A stretch of DNA of 64,000 bases from a virus (IMGVR_UViG_3300013093_000022:1-64000); one strand, 5' to 3'. Shown: positions 36,533-47,129, numbered from the stretch's first letter. A program made the numbers and translations. The notes: a model not told the origin generated them from the letters alone.

Positions 36533-37423
36533 TTAGTCGGTGGGGTGGGTCGCGAACTCCTTCAGCAGGTCGTCGCGCATCGAGCTGAACGTGCCGCCGT
36601 CGGCCGACCCTGAGAACATGGGGAGGTCCTCAACCGTCAGGCCGGACGGGCGGTTCGTCGGGGCACCCTCCAGCCAATAGCGGGCCCGCTCCTCACCCGA
36701 GTAGTACTCGGCCCACTCCTCGAGAGTCTGCGGGCAGTACAGGAAACGCTTCGGGTCGTCGTCGGCGAACTTCTTCCCGTACCCGTAACGCTCCCTGACC
36801 TTGTCGGGGTTGTCCATCCCCGGCTCAGTCGAGTCGATCGGAACCACCTCGTAGTGGGTGGTCTTCTCGCCCCGGGCACCGCGACGGACCACCTCGTAGT
36901 CGCGGTCGCACAGGGTTCCGTACCGGCGCTGGATGCCCTGGAGGTTGTTCCAGAACGAGTAGGCCGAGAACTTGACGATGCCGTACTGGCGGGCCTCGAA
37001 CTTCTGGCCGTCCTTCTCGACCGTCGTCATCGCGTCGACGATGACCGTGCGGCCCGGGCTCTTCGGGTCGGGCACCTCCTCGCGGAGGACGGCGATGCCT
37101 ACGCCGAGCGTCCGCAGCTTCGGCTCGACGATCGCACGGGTTCCGTACTCCTCCTGCATCGCGCCGAAGTGCTCGACCCAGTTGGTGCCGTCGGGGTTGA
37201 TCATGAACTCCATCTGGCGAATCTTCTCGTTGTTCGTCAGGATGTTGTTCGCGAACTTGCCGACCAGGGGAAGGTCCTCGGCGAGGAAGCGCAGGATCTT
37301 CTTCTCCCCGTCGTCCTTCCAGTAGAAGATCGACGGTCGGCGGTAGTCGCCTCCCCCGCCCGACTTCGACTGCTGCTGGGTCATGATCTTCTCAACGGCC
37401 TCCGGCCCACGCTCAAATGCCAC
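36533..37423 (-). CDS. putative single-stranded DNA-binding protein (gp32-like)
   Basis: KDDGE..ILRF, DRDY.V.R.G...T.Y, acidic C-tail; replication context. Confidence 0.65.
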   Translation of the reverse strand: MAFERGPEAVEKIMTQQQSKSGGGGDYRRPSIFYWKDDGEKKILRFLAEDLPLVGKFANNILTNNEKIRQMEFMINPDGTNWVEHFGAMQEEYGTRAIVEPKLRTLGVGIAVLREEVPDPKSPGRTVIVDAMTTVEKDGQKFEARQYGIVKFSAYSFWNNLQGIQRRYGTLCDRDYEVVRRGARGEKTTHYEVVPIDSTEPGMDNPDKVRERYGYGKKFADDDPKRFLYCPQTLEEWAEYYSGEERARYWLEGAPTNRPSGLTVEDLPMFSGSADGGTFSSMRDDLLKEFATHPTD

Positions 37424-37507
37424 AATAGTCTCCAGTTTCGTGTCTTTTCATCAGATGCCTTGTCCGGCAACACAGACACTAACCGACGACCCTGACAGGC
37501 GCAACTC

Positions 37508-37672
37508 TCAGGCCGGGGTCTTGTCCGGGGGGAAGCCTCTGCGGTCTCGGAGCCCCCTCTTGTAGAGGACCCTCCTCATCTTCCGCTCACGCCTCTCAGC
37601 GACCGACCTCTCGACTTGGTCCCGGAACTCCCGCGCCCTCTCAACGGCCTTATTTGGCCGGTGTGAATCCAT
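37508..37672 (-). CDS. small basic hypothetical protein
   Basis: GGAGG RBS. Confidence 0.45.
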   Translation of the reverse strand: MDSHRPNKAVERAREFRDQVERSVAERRERKMRRVLYKRGLRDRRGFPPDKTPA

Positions 37673-38720
37673 GAGACTTCCTCCCCACCGTGTGCCCGGC
37701 CATCCACAGGACCGCCGGTATCGCTGATTCAAGGGCGGCGGCGACCCGGTTTGCATCCCTGTAGTCGCCGAGGTCGCGCCCCTCCTCGGGCGGGACCACC
37801 GAGACCCGGCAGTGGCGGTACAGGCCCTCGACCAGCTTCACGGTTCCCGACTCACCGGCCGGGTCGGCGTCGAACCACACCACCACCGTCTCCCATGACT
37901 TGAGCAGGTCGATCTGGGGCCTGGTGACCTTGGCCCCGAACGTCGCCACCACCCCGGGGATGCCCAGCTCATGGGCCACCGCCACGCTCATCGGCGACTC
38001 GACGACCACGACCCGGCCGAGGCCGGCCGCCTGGTCGTACCGGTACAGCGTCTCCGACTTGGGGAAGCCCGACGAGTTCTTGTACTTGGGCCAGGGCGGG
38101 TCGGTCCCCGGCCAGCCGGGGCCGGGCGGGACGGCCCTCTTCTGCCAACCCACCAGGCTCCCCCGCCACCGGTGGGGGAACACGATCCGGTTCGCGGCCG
38201 GGTCGAACCCGATCCCGAGCTCGGCGCACGTCTCGTGGCTGACGCCCCTGACGTCGCGCATGTAGGGGTGGGACGCCATCCAGGGCCGCAGCACCGACTC
38301 GCTGTAGGAGGGCAGCCCCACGGAGTAGACGTCCGGGGCGGCGAACAGCCTCTCGAGCTCGGCCCGCAGGGCCTGCCCGCTGCGGGCCCCGCCCATCATG
38401 GTGCCGAGCAGGGGTCCGACCTGACCGAGCTCCGAGAGCCCCTCCATCTTCAGGATCAGGTGCAGCACGTCGCCCGACCAGTACACCGAGCAGCAGTAGA
38501 GGCCCTTCTCTACGTTGACCCAGGCCGAGGGGTGCTCGTCGCCGTGGGCGTGGTGGGGCTCCACGGCGTCCAGGAGGCACGAGTGGACGATCTCGGTGGT
38601 CCCGTCCCGGTTGACCTGCTCCGAGCAGTTACGGGCCCCGTAGTGCTCCAGCAGTTGCCGCACGTCGACCCGGCGTCGGTAACTGCGGTACAGGTCCGCT
38701 TTCGACAACGACACAGCCAT
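37650..38720 (-). CDS. DNA primase
   Basis: N-terminal Zn motif (C..H..CC), RIVFP, KYKNS, Toprim VVVES and WFDADPAG. Confidence 0.88.
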   Translation of the reverse strand: MAVSLSKADLYRSYRRRVDVRQLLEHYGARNCSEQVNRDGTTEIVHSCLLDAVEPHHAHGDEHPSAWVNVEKGLYCCSVYWSGDVLHLILKMEGLSELGQVGPLLGTMMGGARSGQALRAELERLFAAPDVYSVGLPSYSESVLRPWMASHPYMRDVRGVSHETCAELGIGFDPAANRIVFPHRWRGSLVGWQKRAVPPGPGWPGTDPPWPKYKNSSGFPKSETLYRYDQAAGLGRVVVVESPMSVAVAHELGIPGVVATFGAKVTRPQIDLLKSWETVVVWFDADPAGESGTVKLVEGLYRHCRVSVVPPEEGRDLGDYRDANRVAAALESAIPAVLWMAGHTVGRKSHGFTPAK

Positions 38721-38829
38721 GACCGACCCGCTCCCAGTTGTGGTAGTCGGCGACCGACTCGGCCGACACCAGGTGACCGAACTGACGAGACACGTACCCG
38801 CACGGGCACGCCGACACGTACGTCGTCAT
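38629..38829 (-). CDS. small Cys/His protein
   Basis: CPCG..H..H; ATGA overlap with helicase stop. Confidence 0.45.
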   Translation of the reverse strand: MTTYVSACPCGYVSRQFGHLVSAESVADYHNWERVGHGCVVVESGPVPQLPTPGRRAATAGALRGP

Positions 38830-40055
38830 TTTGTGATCCTCTCCAAGACAGAGATGTGGCTGCGGTCGATCAGGTCCCAGTGCAGCATCCACTGACCCGA
38901 GTCGCACCGGCGGCCGCCGAGGATCGCGAACTTCATGACCCGGTTCACCCTCTCCTGCTGGTTGCGGCTCAGTGCCAGCAGCAGGTCGGCGGTGCGCTCC
39001 ACCTCGGCCGCGTCGGCGAAGTCAGAGATCATCGGCCCCTCCAGCCTCTCCAGGCTCTCACGGTTCAACTGGTGGGCCAGGAAGCAGCCCAGCTTGCCCC
39101 GCGACACGTTGCCGATCTCGTTCTTGAGCTGCTTGAGGATGCTGCCCAGCCGCTGCTTCTCGGACCGGACGCTCACAGACTCCTCCATGAACCCCAACTG
39201 GTCGATCAGCACGTAGTCGCACTGGGCGTAGCGGGCCCGGGCGCAGAGGCTGGCCACGGTCCGGTCTCCCTCGTCGGGGGACTCGATCCGCAGGGGGCGT
39301 CCCGACTCGGCCATCCGGTCCTGCGTCTCGTGCAGCCTCTGGCGCTCCTTGTCGGTCAGCCGGTGGCGCGACAGCCGGTCGTAGCTCACCCCCGACAGCA
39401 GCGCGTCGAGCCGGTCCTCGATCTCGTCGACCGGCATCTCCAAGGTGTAGACGATCGGTGACCTGCCCCGCTCGTAGGCCCGCGCCGCCGCGTTCAAAAG
39501 CATCATGGTCTTGCCGACCTTCGAGAAGGCACCGACGACCGCCAGCTCCCCGGGGCGCACCCCGCCGGTCCACTCGTCGATCTCGGCCACGCCCAGGGTC
39601 AGCCCGTTCTCGGCACCGCCCTCCCGCCTCAGATACCGCTGGCGGCGCGACTCGTAGTCGGTCATGTCGGAGCGCGAGTGGCGCGACGACACGGTCTCGA
39701 TCGCCTCATAGGACGACGTCTGCATGAAGCTCAGGGCCTTGGCCGGCTCCATCTCGGCGACCTGGAGGACGGTCTGCTGAACCGCGTTGCGGGCGTACCG
39801 GTCCATCAGCTTCTGGGCGAGCCACCACGACGCCTCCTCGACGTGGTCGGCGAGGGTCAGGCCCGGAACCTCGGTCTCCACCGCGAACTTGGTCGGGGCG
39901 TCCTTCATCTGGGACGTCAGCCAGTAGTCGACGATGAACTGGTAGGCGTACCTCGACGGGGCGTCCTCGAACACCTCGGCACGCAGCCCCAAATCCCACA
40001 CGACGGAAATCTGGTGCGGGTCGATCAGCTTCGACAGCAGTTGGCGCTCAATCAT
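38826..40055 (-). CDS. dnaB: DnaB-like replicative helicase
   Basis: GAFSKVGKT, TLEM, LIDQL, HQLNRE, ERTAD. Confidence 0.9.
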   Translation of the reverse strand: MIERQLLSKLIDPHQISVVWDLGLRAEVFEDAPSRYAYQFIVDYWLTSQMKDAPTKFAVETEVPGLTLADHVEEASWWLAQKLMDRYARNAVQQTVLQVAEMEPAKALSFMQTSSYEAIETVSSRHSRSDMTDYESRRQRYLRREGGAENGLTLGVAEIDEWTGGVRPGELAVVGAFSKVGKTMMLLNAAARAYERGRSPIVYTLEMPVDEIEDRLDALLSGVSYDRLSRHRLTDKERQRLHETQDRMAESGRPLRIESPDEGDRTVASLCARARYAQCDYVLIDQLGFMEESVSVRSEKQRLGSILKQLKNEIGNVSRGKLGCFLAHQLNRESLERLEGPMISDFADAAEVERTADLLLALSRNQQERVNRVMKFAILGGRRCDSGQWMLHWDLIDRSHISVLERITK

Positions 40056-40834
40056 TTGATCGGCCGCACCTCTCCGTTCAGGACTTCCGCGTTCTTGCGG
40101 TCGCGGATCATCTGCCGGACGCTGCCGCCCGTGAACTCCTTCGACAGGTTCGCCTCTATCAGCAGCTCCAGGCTCGACTCGCCGTACGAGGTGCCCAGGT
40201 AGTCCGGGTCGAGGTTGGTGGTGACGATCGTGGTCCGGCCGGTCTGGACCCGCGACCGGAGCAGGTTGTTCAGGAACGTGTTCCGGCTCTTGAGGGTCGA
40301 CCGCTCCTTGCCCAGGTCGTCGAGGAGCAGGACGTCGCACGTCTTGATCCGCTCCTCGTACCACTGCAGGGCCTCGGGAGACTGCCAGGTCTTGGTGAAC
40401 TCGTCGATCAGGTCCTCGGCGACGACCGAGTAGCACCGCAGCCCCCGCTTGATCAAATCCTTCAGCACCAGGGTCGCCAGCATGGTCTTGCCCGTGCCCA
40501 TCTCCCCCCACAGGAAGAAGCCCATGCCGTGCTCGACGTACGGGTTGGCGAGGTAGACGTCGCGGGCCCAGTCGCGGATCTCCCCGTCCCCGAACCAGTC
40601 GTCCCAGTCGAGCCGCTGATAGGTGAGCCCGATGTTCGACGAGCAGTACCACTTGTAGAGCTGGAGCTGGGTCGCGCAGTCGCACCTGTTCTCGACGCCC
40701 AACCACAGGTAGGTGCCGACAGTTCCGCACGTCGGGCAGTAGTCCTGGGGGCCCGACATCATCCCCGGGTAGAGCCGGGACAGCCTGGTCGCCTCCCTCT
40801 CGGGGAGGAAGTCGGCGAGGACGCTGTAGGCCAT
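40052..40834 (-). CDS. DnaC/IstB-like helicase loader
   Basis: CPTC..CDC, GEMGTGKT, LLLDDLGKE, TIVTTNL. Confidence 0.88.
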   Translation of the reverse strand: MAYSVLADFLPEREATRLSRLYPGMMSGPQDYCPTCGTVGTYLWLGVENRCDCATQLQLYKWYCSSNIGLTYQRLDWDDWFGDGEIRDWARDVYLANPYVEHGMGFFLWGEMGTGKTMLATLVLKDLIKRGLRCYSVVAEDLIDEFTKTWQSPEALQWYEERIKTCDVLLLDDLGKERSTLKSRNTFLNNLLRSRVQTGRTTIVTTNLDPDYLGTSYGESSLELLIEANLSKEFTGGSVRQMIRDRKNAEVLNGEVRPIK

Positions 40835-41064
40835 TAGGGGTCTCTTCTCCTGACTGTCGGCGGGGTCATCATGGTGGCCAGCTCCTCCTGGGTGGGGGCC
40901 TTGTCGAGCACCTCCAGGTCGGTGACCTTGTGGATGCCGGTCTGTCGGCGCGGGGTCTCCCACATGACACGCACCATACCGGTCGTCGAGGCGTCGCCTT
41001 GGACGAGGCCCCTCCAGGTCGACCGGCCCCGGTAGTTCACGGTCCGCCCGTCGATGAGGCTCAC
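40834..41064 (-). CDS. hypothetical protein
   Basis: GTGA overlap; start VSLIDG. Confidence 0.55.
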   Translation of the reverse strand: MSLIDGRTVNYRGRSTWRGLVQGDASTTGMVRVMWETPRRQTGIHKVTDLEVLDKAPTQEELATMMTPPTVRRRDP

Positions 41065-41492
41065 GAGACGTCCTCGTCTTCGGCGATGACCTCGGAGAGC
41101 TCGGCCATCGCGATCCTCCTCATCACCTGCCTCAACTCCAGCATCTTCAAGGTACCGTCGCGGTGCATCGAGAAGGCTATCTCCTGTATCAGGGGTAGGT
41201 TGAACCGGCGTCTCGGCTTGGGGCCGCCGCCGACCATCCGGGGATGGATGGGCGACCCGTCGGCATAGGTGAACCGCCCCTTCTTCAGCCCCTCGTACAG
41301 CCAGGCCGGGGTTCGGCTGAAGAACCGGGCGGCCTCCGACACCGAGTACCATTGCTCGACCCCGACGACGATGTCGGAGTCGGGCAGCGATAGGATCTCC
41401 CGGCGCTTCTCGGTGACCTCCAGCAACTGCTGGAGCCGCCTCTCGATGTTGTCGTTCTTCCTTCTGGCGGTCTCCAGCAGCGTGTCGGTCAC
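41061..41492 (-). CDS. MerR/excisionase-like HTH DNA-binding protein
   Basis: YSVSEAARFFSRTPAWLY...RRRF. Confidence 0.7.
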   Translation of the reverse strand: MTDTLLETARRKNDNIERRLQQLLEVTEKRREILSLPDSDIVVGVEQWYSVSEAARFFSRTPAWLYEGLKKGRFTYADGSPIHPRMVGGGPKPRRRFNLPLIQEIAFSMHRDGTLKMLELRQVMRRIAMAELSEVIAEDEDVS

Positions 41493-41500
41493 GGGGCCTC

Positions 41501-42175
41501 CTACAGGTTGCGGAGGTTGAGCCTCGCCTTCTTGGGAGACCCGGGGATCAGGGCCTCGCGGACCTTCTCCATCAACTCGGGCTTGTTGCCGACCAACTGC
41601 ATCAGCAAATCCTCGTCGAGGACCCGCACCTCCTGGGCGGGAATCACCTTTGTAACATACACGCTGTCACAAGCCTCTCCCAACAACTCGGAGAGTTTCT
41701 CTTCGTCGATCGAGGGGGAGCTGTACCCCGCGCCCTCGCGGCGGAAGGACATGCCCAACTCGGGCACGTCGAGCGCCGCGTTCACGTTCTGGGGGTCGGG
41801 GTGGCCCATCTCGGCGAGAGCCGAGTCGAAGTGTGCGAACACGACCGACTTGACCTGCTCCTGCACGACCTGGGTCATGTCGACCAGGGTGCGGACGGCC
41901 AGCGCCTGGCGCATGACCGTGTTCGAGTAGGTCTCGTTGAGGACCATCTCGTCGCCGAGCGACTCGGTGACCAGCGAGATGAAGTTGGCCAAGATGTCCT
42001 GCAGGGCACCCAGGTGGTCGACGTCGAACTCGCGCAGCCCGTCGACCAGGCTGGCCTTGCGGTCGGCCCGGGTGGTGCGCTCGGTCTTCGCGACGGCCTT
42101 GGCGGCCGGGACCGCGACGACCTTCTTGTCGGCGGCGACGGCGACCCCGGCGGCCTGGGCGATGGTCTCGAACAT
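41501..42175 (-). CDS. hypothetical protein
   Basis: AAGGAG RBS, downstream of ECF promoter motif. Confidence 0.75.
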   Translation of the reverse strand: MFETIAQAAGVAVAADKKVVAVPAAKAVAKTERTTRADRKASLVDGLREFDVDHLGALQDILANFISLVTESLGDEMVLNETYSNTVMRQALAVRTLVDMTQVVQEQVKSVVFAHFDSALAEMGHPDPQNVNAALDVPELGMSFRREGAGYSSPSIDEEKLSELLGEACDSVYVTKVIPAQEVRVLDEDLLMQLVGNKPELMEKVREALIPGSPKKARLNLRNL

Positions 42176-42216
42176 GTCTTTTCTCCTTCTTCATGCGAAC
42201 GTCTTGTAACAGGTAT

Positions 42217-42243
42217 AACAGAGGGGTCTGACAGATTATTCCC
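42217..42243 (-). promoter_or_regulatory. ECF-type promoter motif copy 9
   Basis: GGGAATAAtctgtcagacccctctGTTA (N18). Confidence 0.75.
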
Positions 42244-42251
42244 AATCAAGC

Positions 42252-42282
42252 AAAGAAAAACCCCGCCGGTTTCCCGACGGGG
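42252..42282 (-). terminator. intrinsic terminator after lsr2
   Basis: CCCCGTCGG-gaaa-CCGGCGGGG followed by TTTTTCTTT. Confidence 0.8.
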
Positions 42283-42346
42283 CCTCCCTCCCTCCACAGG
42301 CGCTCCGCCCTGCAATGCGGAGCATGGTATTCGGAGGGAATCCTCT

Positions 42347-42718
42347 CTAGCTGGCCGAGAACAGCGTCCGGCTGCCCGGCTTGGCCTTGGGCGCGTGGCC
42401 GGTACCGGCGAGCCGGTCGTAGGCGGCGACCACCTCGAGCGGGATCTTGCCGTACTTGGACACGGCGTAGCCGTGGCTGTTGGCCCACTCGCGCTGCTGG
42501 CGCAACTGCTCGGCGTCGTTGCGGGCCTTCTGCTTGGCCGACACCGGACTCTGCCGGAGGCGGGCGACCGCGAGGAAGGGGGCCAGTGCCCCTTCAAGCG
42601 ACTGCAGGTTCTCCGGGCCGAGGTCGATCGTGTAGACCCGGTCGTCGACCGCGATGGTGTGGGACTCGACCCCCTCGGAACCGCCGTCAAGATCGTCAAA
42701 GATCATCGTGCGTTCCAT
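42347..42718 (-). CDS. lsr2: Lsr2-like nucleoid protein
   Basis: DDLDG, YTIDL...N...L...LAPF...AR, REWA..HGY.VS..G.IP..V..AY. Confidence 0.9.
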   Translation of the reverse strand: MERTMIFDDLDGGSEGVESHTIAVDDRVYTIDLGPENLQSLEGALAPFLAVARLRQSPVSAKQKARNDAEQLRQQREWANSHGYAVSKYGKIPLEVVAAYDRLAGTGHAPKAKPGSRTLFSAS

Positions 42719-42767
42719 GTACAGTACCTCCTGGTTATGTCCGGATCTTTCTTTCGGAACTAAGACC

Positions 42768-42796
42768 AGTATGAGCAGATGTCAAGTCTGTGTCAA
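42768..42796 (-). promoter_or_regulatory. SigA-type promoter for lsr2
   Basis: TTGACA-N17-CATACT, with a second TTGACA inside the spacer. Confidence 0.65.
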
Positions 42797-42869
42797 CAAG
42801 AAAATAAATTAGAAAAGTACGGAAAACCCCCGGAAAGCTCTGTTCACGCAGTTGGAGGCATGTCGGTGT

Positions 42870-43091
42870 TCACCCGATCACAAGCCGCTGCAGGGCGATC
42901 GCCAGCGACACGGCCAGCATCTCCCCGTGCTTCAACAGGTCGCCGCACGAGCAGGAGGACGGGGACAGCATGGCCGTGATCTCGTCGAAGGTGACCGGTG
43001 AGCCCTTCGCGGCGGCCGACCTCAACACCCCCAGCAGCTCGTCGAAGGCGCTGATCCTGTCGCACAGCTCGTCCACCGCATGGTTCATCAA
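42870..43091 (-). CDS. hypothetical protein
   Basis: GGAGAGGG RBS; ends LAIALQRL. Confidence 0.6.
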   Translation of the reverse strand: MMNHAVDELCDRISAFDELLGVLRSAAAKGSPVTFDEITAMLSPSSCSCGDLLKHGEMLAVSLAIALQRLVIG

Positions 43092-43164
43092 CGTCCCTCT
43101 CCCGCATGGCTTTTCAGTGAAGTGTAGTTTATATCACAAAGGCCCGACAACGCCAAGGGCATCC

Positions 43165-43368
43165 TCACCCCTTCTCGAGGCAGGCCGCTGAACTGCGCTT
43201 TCCGAACATCCTCTGCGTGTCCGGGACCGGCACCAAGACAGTGCACTTCCGGCACCGGGCCCACACCACCTCATCGCCCGGGACCTCGTTCACCAGGAAC
43301 TCCCGGGTTCCCCGGCAGTGTCGACACGGCCCCCGGAAGCTCCAGGCCAGGTTGCGCGACGCGCCCAT
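43165..43368 (-). CDS. Zn-ribbon hypothetical protein
   Basis: CRHC...CRKC. Confidence 0.6.
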   Translation of the reverse strand: MGASRNLAWSFRGPCRHCRGTREFLVNEVPGDEVVWARCRKCTVLVPVPDTQRMFGKRSSAACLEKG

Positions 43369-43730
43369 CAGGCCGGGGTTGCCGACTCGTGCTGGAGCCT
43401 CACGATCTCATCGGTGACGAGCCTCTTCTCCAGGTAGCTCATCGACTCGAAAAGCTCCTCGCCGTGGTGCCAGACCGACAGGACCAGGATCACCGAGTGG
43501 GCCAGCGCGCCGACCGGCAGCCTGCCCTCGCCCTCCTCCAGGCCGGCCAGGGCGAGCCGGAAGGCCTCGGGTGCGTTGACCCCGGCGCTGGACATGATCG
43601 ACTCGGCGTGGTCGCACAGCCCCTCGACCATGTTGAGCCAGTGGCGCGTGGCGTCCCGGTCCTCAGGGTCCTCAATCTGGGATACCTGAGACCTCTGGGA
43701 CTGCCAGAAGTCCTCGTTGGCGACGATCAT
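43368..43730 (-). CDS. hypothetical protein
   Basis: GGGGAG RBS. Confidence 0.7.
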   Translation of the reverse strand: MIVANEDFWQSQRSQVSQIEDPEDRDATRHWLNMVEGLCDHAESIMSSAGVNAPEAFRLALAGLEEGEGRLPVGALAHSVILVLSVWHHGEELFESMSYLEKRLVTDEIVRLQHESATPA

Positions 43731-43739
43731 CTACTCCCC

Positions 43740-44493
<754 letters not shown>

Positions 44494-44498
44494 GAACA

Positions 44499-44559
44499 CC
44501 CCTGGGAGGCCTCCAAGCACACCGGGCGATCCCCGACCGCTCTGGGGGCCTCTCAGGGG
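44499..44559. terminator. inverted repeat between convergent rpf and nrdH
   Basis: CCCCTGGGAGGCCTCCA ... TGGGGGCCTCTCAGGGG imperfect stem. Confidence 0.5.
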
Positions 44560-44569
44560 CCCTTAACCG

Positions 44570-44797
44570 CTACCGCTCGGCGAGCGCCTTCAGCCGGTCG
44601 ACACGAAGGCCCGACCAGTGGTCGTCGCCGGCCACCACGACCGGCAGAGCCTGGTAGCCCATCTCGGCCACGACCCGCATCGCCTCGTCCGACTCGGTCA
44701 CGTCCACGACGTCGTAGTCGAGACCCGCCTTGTCGAGAACCCGGTACGTCATCCTGCAGGCCTGGCAGGCGGGCTTGGTGTAGACGGTGATACTCAT
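44570..44797 (-). CDS. nrdH: NrdH-like glutaredoxin
   Basis: ITVYTKPACQAC, GYQALPVV, WSGLR.D. Confidence 0.92.
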   Translation of the reverse strand: MSITVYTKPACQACRMTYRVLDKAGLDYDVVDVTESDEAMRVVAEMGYQALPVVVAGDDHWSGLRVDRLKALAER

Positions 44798-45042
44798 GTC
44801 GCTCCTCGGCGTCGGGGGGATCGGCGGCGGTCGCCACCTACACTAGAAAGTGATGCCAAAACCGGAAGGCTAGTGGGACGGATCCCGTGTGGCCCAGATC
44901 CGGTCCGTCACCCCGGGCTGCCGCAGGTACAGATGGCACCGAGCAGAGCATTTCGTCGGCCACACCCCGTGCTGGCCGGGGCCGCACACCAGGACACCGG
45001 CTTCATACTGCGGCAAAGTCTGTGTCTTGACGCAGTCAAATG

Positions 45043-45387
45043 TCACCGGGGCAGGTAGTCCTGGTTCTGAATCGGGTCGACGTCGATCCAGCCCGGGGCG
45101 TCGAAGATGATCGGCTGCTCGAGCCTGTTCGACCCGGCCTGCATGTCCTGGATCGGCCCGTAGCAGAACACCAGGTGGGTGTAGACACCCTTCGGGACAT
45201 AGACCCGGGCGTTGCCTACAACTTGATCGGCCTCGGTCCGCCAAAAGATCTGCCCCCGCTCGTACCCGGGCTCACCGAAGGGCTCGTTCACCGGCGAAGG
45301 TCCCGGTCCCGGGTCGCCCGTTGACAGGCCCAAATAGGTCGGCCACACCGACACCTGTAACACGCCGTAATTGCTCACGTTGCACAT
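45043..45387 (-). CDS. hypothetical protein
   Basis: YERGQIFW motif; start uncertain. Confidence 0.6.
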   Translation of the reverse strand: MCNVSNYGVLQVSVWPTYLGLSTGDPGPGPSPVNEPFGEPGYERGQIFWRTEADQVVGNARVYVPKGVYTHLVFCYGPIQDMQAGSNRLEQPIIFDAPGWIDVDPIQNQDYLPR

Positions 45388-45443
45388 GATCCCAAAGGAC
45401 CCCCGGGAACACAATCCCGGGGGCCCAATGGTGTCGGAGCGGG

Positions 45444-46502
45444 TTAGCTGTTGACCAGCAGCGACCACGCATCCGACTTCATGCCGCCCGACGTCGAGGC
45501 CATCGCCAGGGTCCGTGCGGCCCGCAGACCGCTCTCGACCTCGGCGTTGCCACGGCCGCCCTTGACGGTCTGGAAGTGGTCGACGTACTCGGTGACCGCG
45601 TTGAACGCCGCGTACTTGGTACCGGCGATCGCCGTGCCCTTGATGGTCGGCGACTCCACGAACAGCTTGTGGATCGCGCCAGCCTCGTTGCGGCGGCGGG
45701 TCTCGGTCGCCGAACCCGGCTCGGCCTTGCCCAACTCGACCAACTCCTGGGCGAAGGCCGACATGTCGTCCGAGGTGAACGGCTGCTCAAACAGGGCACG
45801 GGCCTCGGCCTCGAACGCCTCCTCGTACGCGAACGCCAGCCTCAGGGCCTCACGGGCCTCCTGGACCGAGTTCCGGTATCCGCTGGTGTGGCGGACCGAG
45901 AACTTGTTCTTCGCGCCCTGGATGGCGAACGAGGCGGTGTTGGCGCACACGACCCGGACGGTCGTGGTGATGCCGAACATCGTTGACGAGCCGTCGTGGG
46001 AGTTGAACAGCGCCAGGTACCAGTCCGTCCGGTCGGCCCGGCCGTCCAGGTCGGTCAGCACCATGTGCTTCGGAAGCTGCATGGTGATGAACGTCTGCGA
46101 GTAGTTCCGCAGCGAACCGGCGGTCTCGAAGTGGGCACCGCCCTCGTCGACGATCGCGTTGGCGAACTCGGTCATCGCCTCGTTCTGGATCGGGGTGTAC
46201 CGCTCGCCGACGACGCCGATCGGGGTGACCTTCCCGTCGATCGGGTTGTCGAACACGGTGGCGTACTGGCCCGGCACGACCAGGCCACGGCACTCGCCGC
46301 CGTCCTCGCGGATGTCGGCCCAGACCGGGCGCTTGCGGACGTTCCAGTTGGCCAGGTAGGCCGACTTGAGCGCCTCCTCGGCGGTCATGGCGTGGCCGAC
46401 CGGGGTTCCGAGCCGGTGCCAGGCGTCGACCCGGCCGTCGGCCCCGACACGGGAGTCGGCGAAGGTGTAGACACCGTCGGTGTTGCTGATTTCGTGGGAC
46501 AT
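45444..46502 (-). CDS. DUF932 (phage/plasmid-like) protein
   Basis: AWHRLG, Y.PIQN, FETAGSL, NSHDGS, VRVVCANT, RHT. Confidence 0.88.
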   Translation of the reverse strand: MSHEISNTDGVYTFADSRVGADGRVDAWHRLGTPVGHAMTAEEALKSAYLANWNVRKRPVWADIREDGGECRGLVVPGQYATVFDNPIDGKVTPIGVVGERYTPIQNEAMTEFANAIVDEGGAHFETAGSLRNYSQTFITMQLPKHMVLTDLDGRADRTDWYLALFNSHDGSSTMFGITTTVRVVCANTASFAIQGAKNKFSVRHTSGYRNSVQEAREALRLAFAYEEAFEAEARALFEQPFTSDDMSAFAQELVELGKAEPGSATETRRRNEAGAIHKLFVESPTIKGTAIAGTKYAAFNAVTEYVDHFQTVKGGRGNAEVESGLRAARTLAMASTSGGMKSDAWSLLVNS

Positions 46503-46545
46503 TTTTCTCCTTCTAGGTGGGTTGTGCGGTCTTGCTGAACGGTAC

Positions 46546-46572
46546 AACTGGGCACCGACAGCTTTTATTCCT
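46546..46572 (-). promoter_or_regulatory. ECF-type promoter motif copy 10
   Basis: aGGAATAAAagctgtcggtgcccaGTTG (N18). Confidence 0.75.
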
Positions 46573-46590
46573 AGATCTGAGAAAAGTTTC

Positions 46591-46899
46591 TTACGGCGTC
46601 TGGGCGGGCCCCCAGGGCGGGGTCGGGCCCGAGCCGGGGTAGCCGGGTGCCAGCCAGCCACCGGCACCCCCGATGCCGGGCACCGGCTGGGGCACGTTCG
46701 GCGGCTTGGCCGCGAAAGGGATCTGCGGCACGTTGCCCGCGAACGGCACCCACGGCTCGCACCCCTTGACCCACGGGAACACCGACGACACCCCGGGCAG
46801 GTTCGACGGCCCGCACATGTCGGCGCTGGCCTCCGGGTCCTGGAAGAGGATCGACGCGCACGCCAGTGCGGCCACGAACCACGCCACACGCGGCGTCAC
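46591..46899 (-). CDS. putative secreted Pro/Gly-rich protein
   Basis: signal peptide ending ASA-D; Cys pair. Confidence 0.6.
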   Translation of the reverse strand: MTPRVAWFVAALACASILFQDPEASADMCGPSNLPGVSSVFPWVKGCEPWVPFAGNVPQIPFAAKPPNVPQPVPGIGGAGGWLAPGYPGSGPTPPWGPAQTP

Positions 46900-47129
46900 G
46901 ACTGCGCCCTTCCCAATTCTCGGTACACCGACACCAGCCGCTTCAGGGCGGTCGCCAACAGGATGCTGATGACCAGTTCGTTCTCCTCGCTGTCCAGGCT
47001 TTCCGGTTTCCTCTGGATCGTCTTGGCCAGCGAGAAGATGTTGATCTTCTCGGTGCCCATCAGGGCACCCACCATGCGGTCGATCTGGTGGTCGGCGTAG
47101 TCGATCATCTCCCGGTCCCCCATGGCCAT
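46896..47129 (-). CDS. hypothetical protein
   Basis: overlap chain; ends LATALKRL. Confidence 0.55.
   Translation of the reverse strand: MAMGDREMIDYADHQIDRMVGALMGTEKINIFSLAKTIQRKPESLDSEENELVISILLATALKRLVSVYRELGRAQS

Noticed and set aside
31932-40055. Inteins or introns in recA, dnaE or dnaB
   Set aside because: Lengths are normal and no splice-junction or LAGLIDADG motifs were seen.
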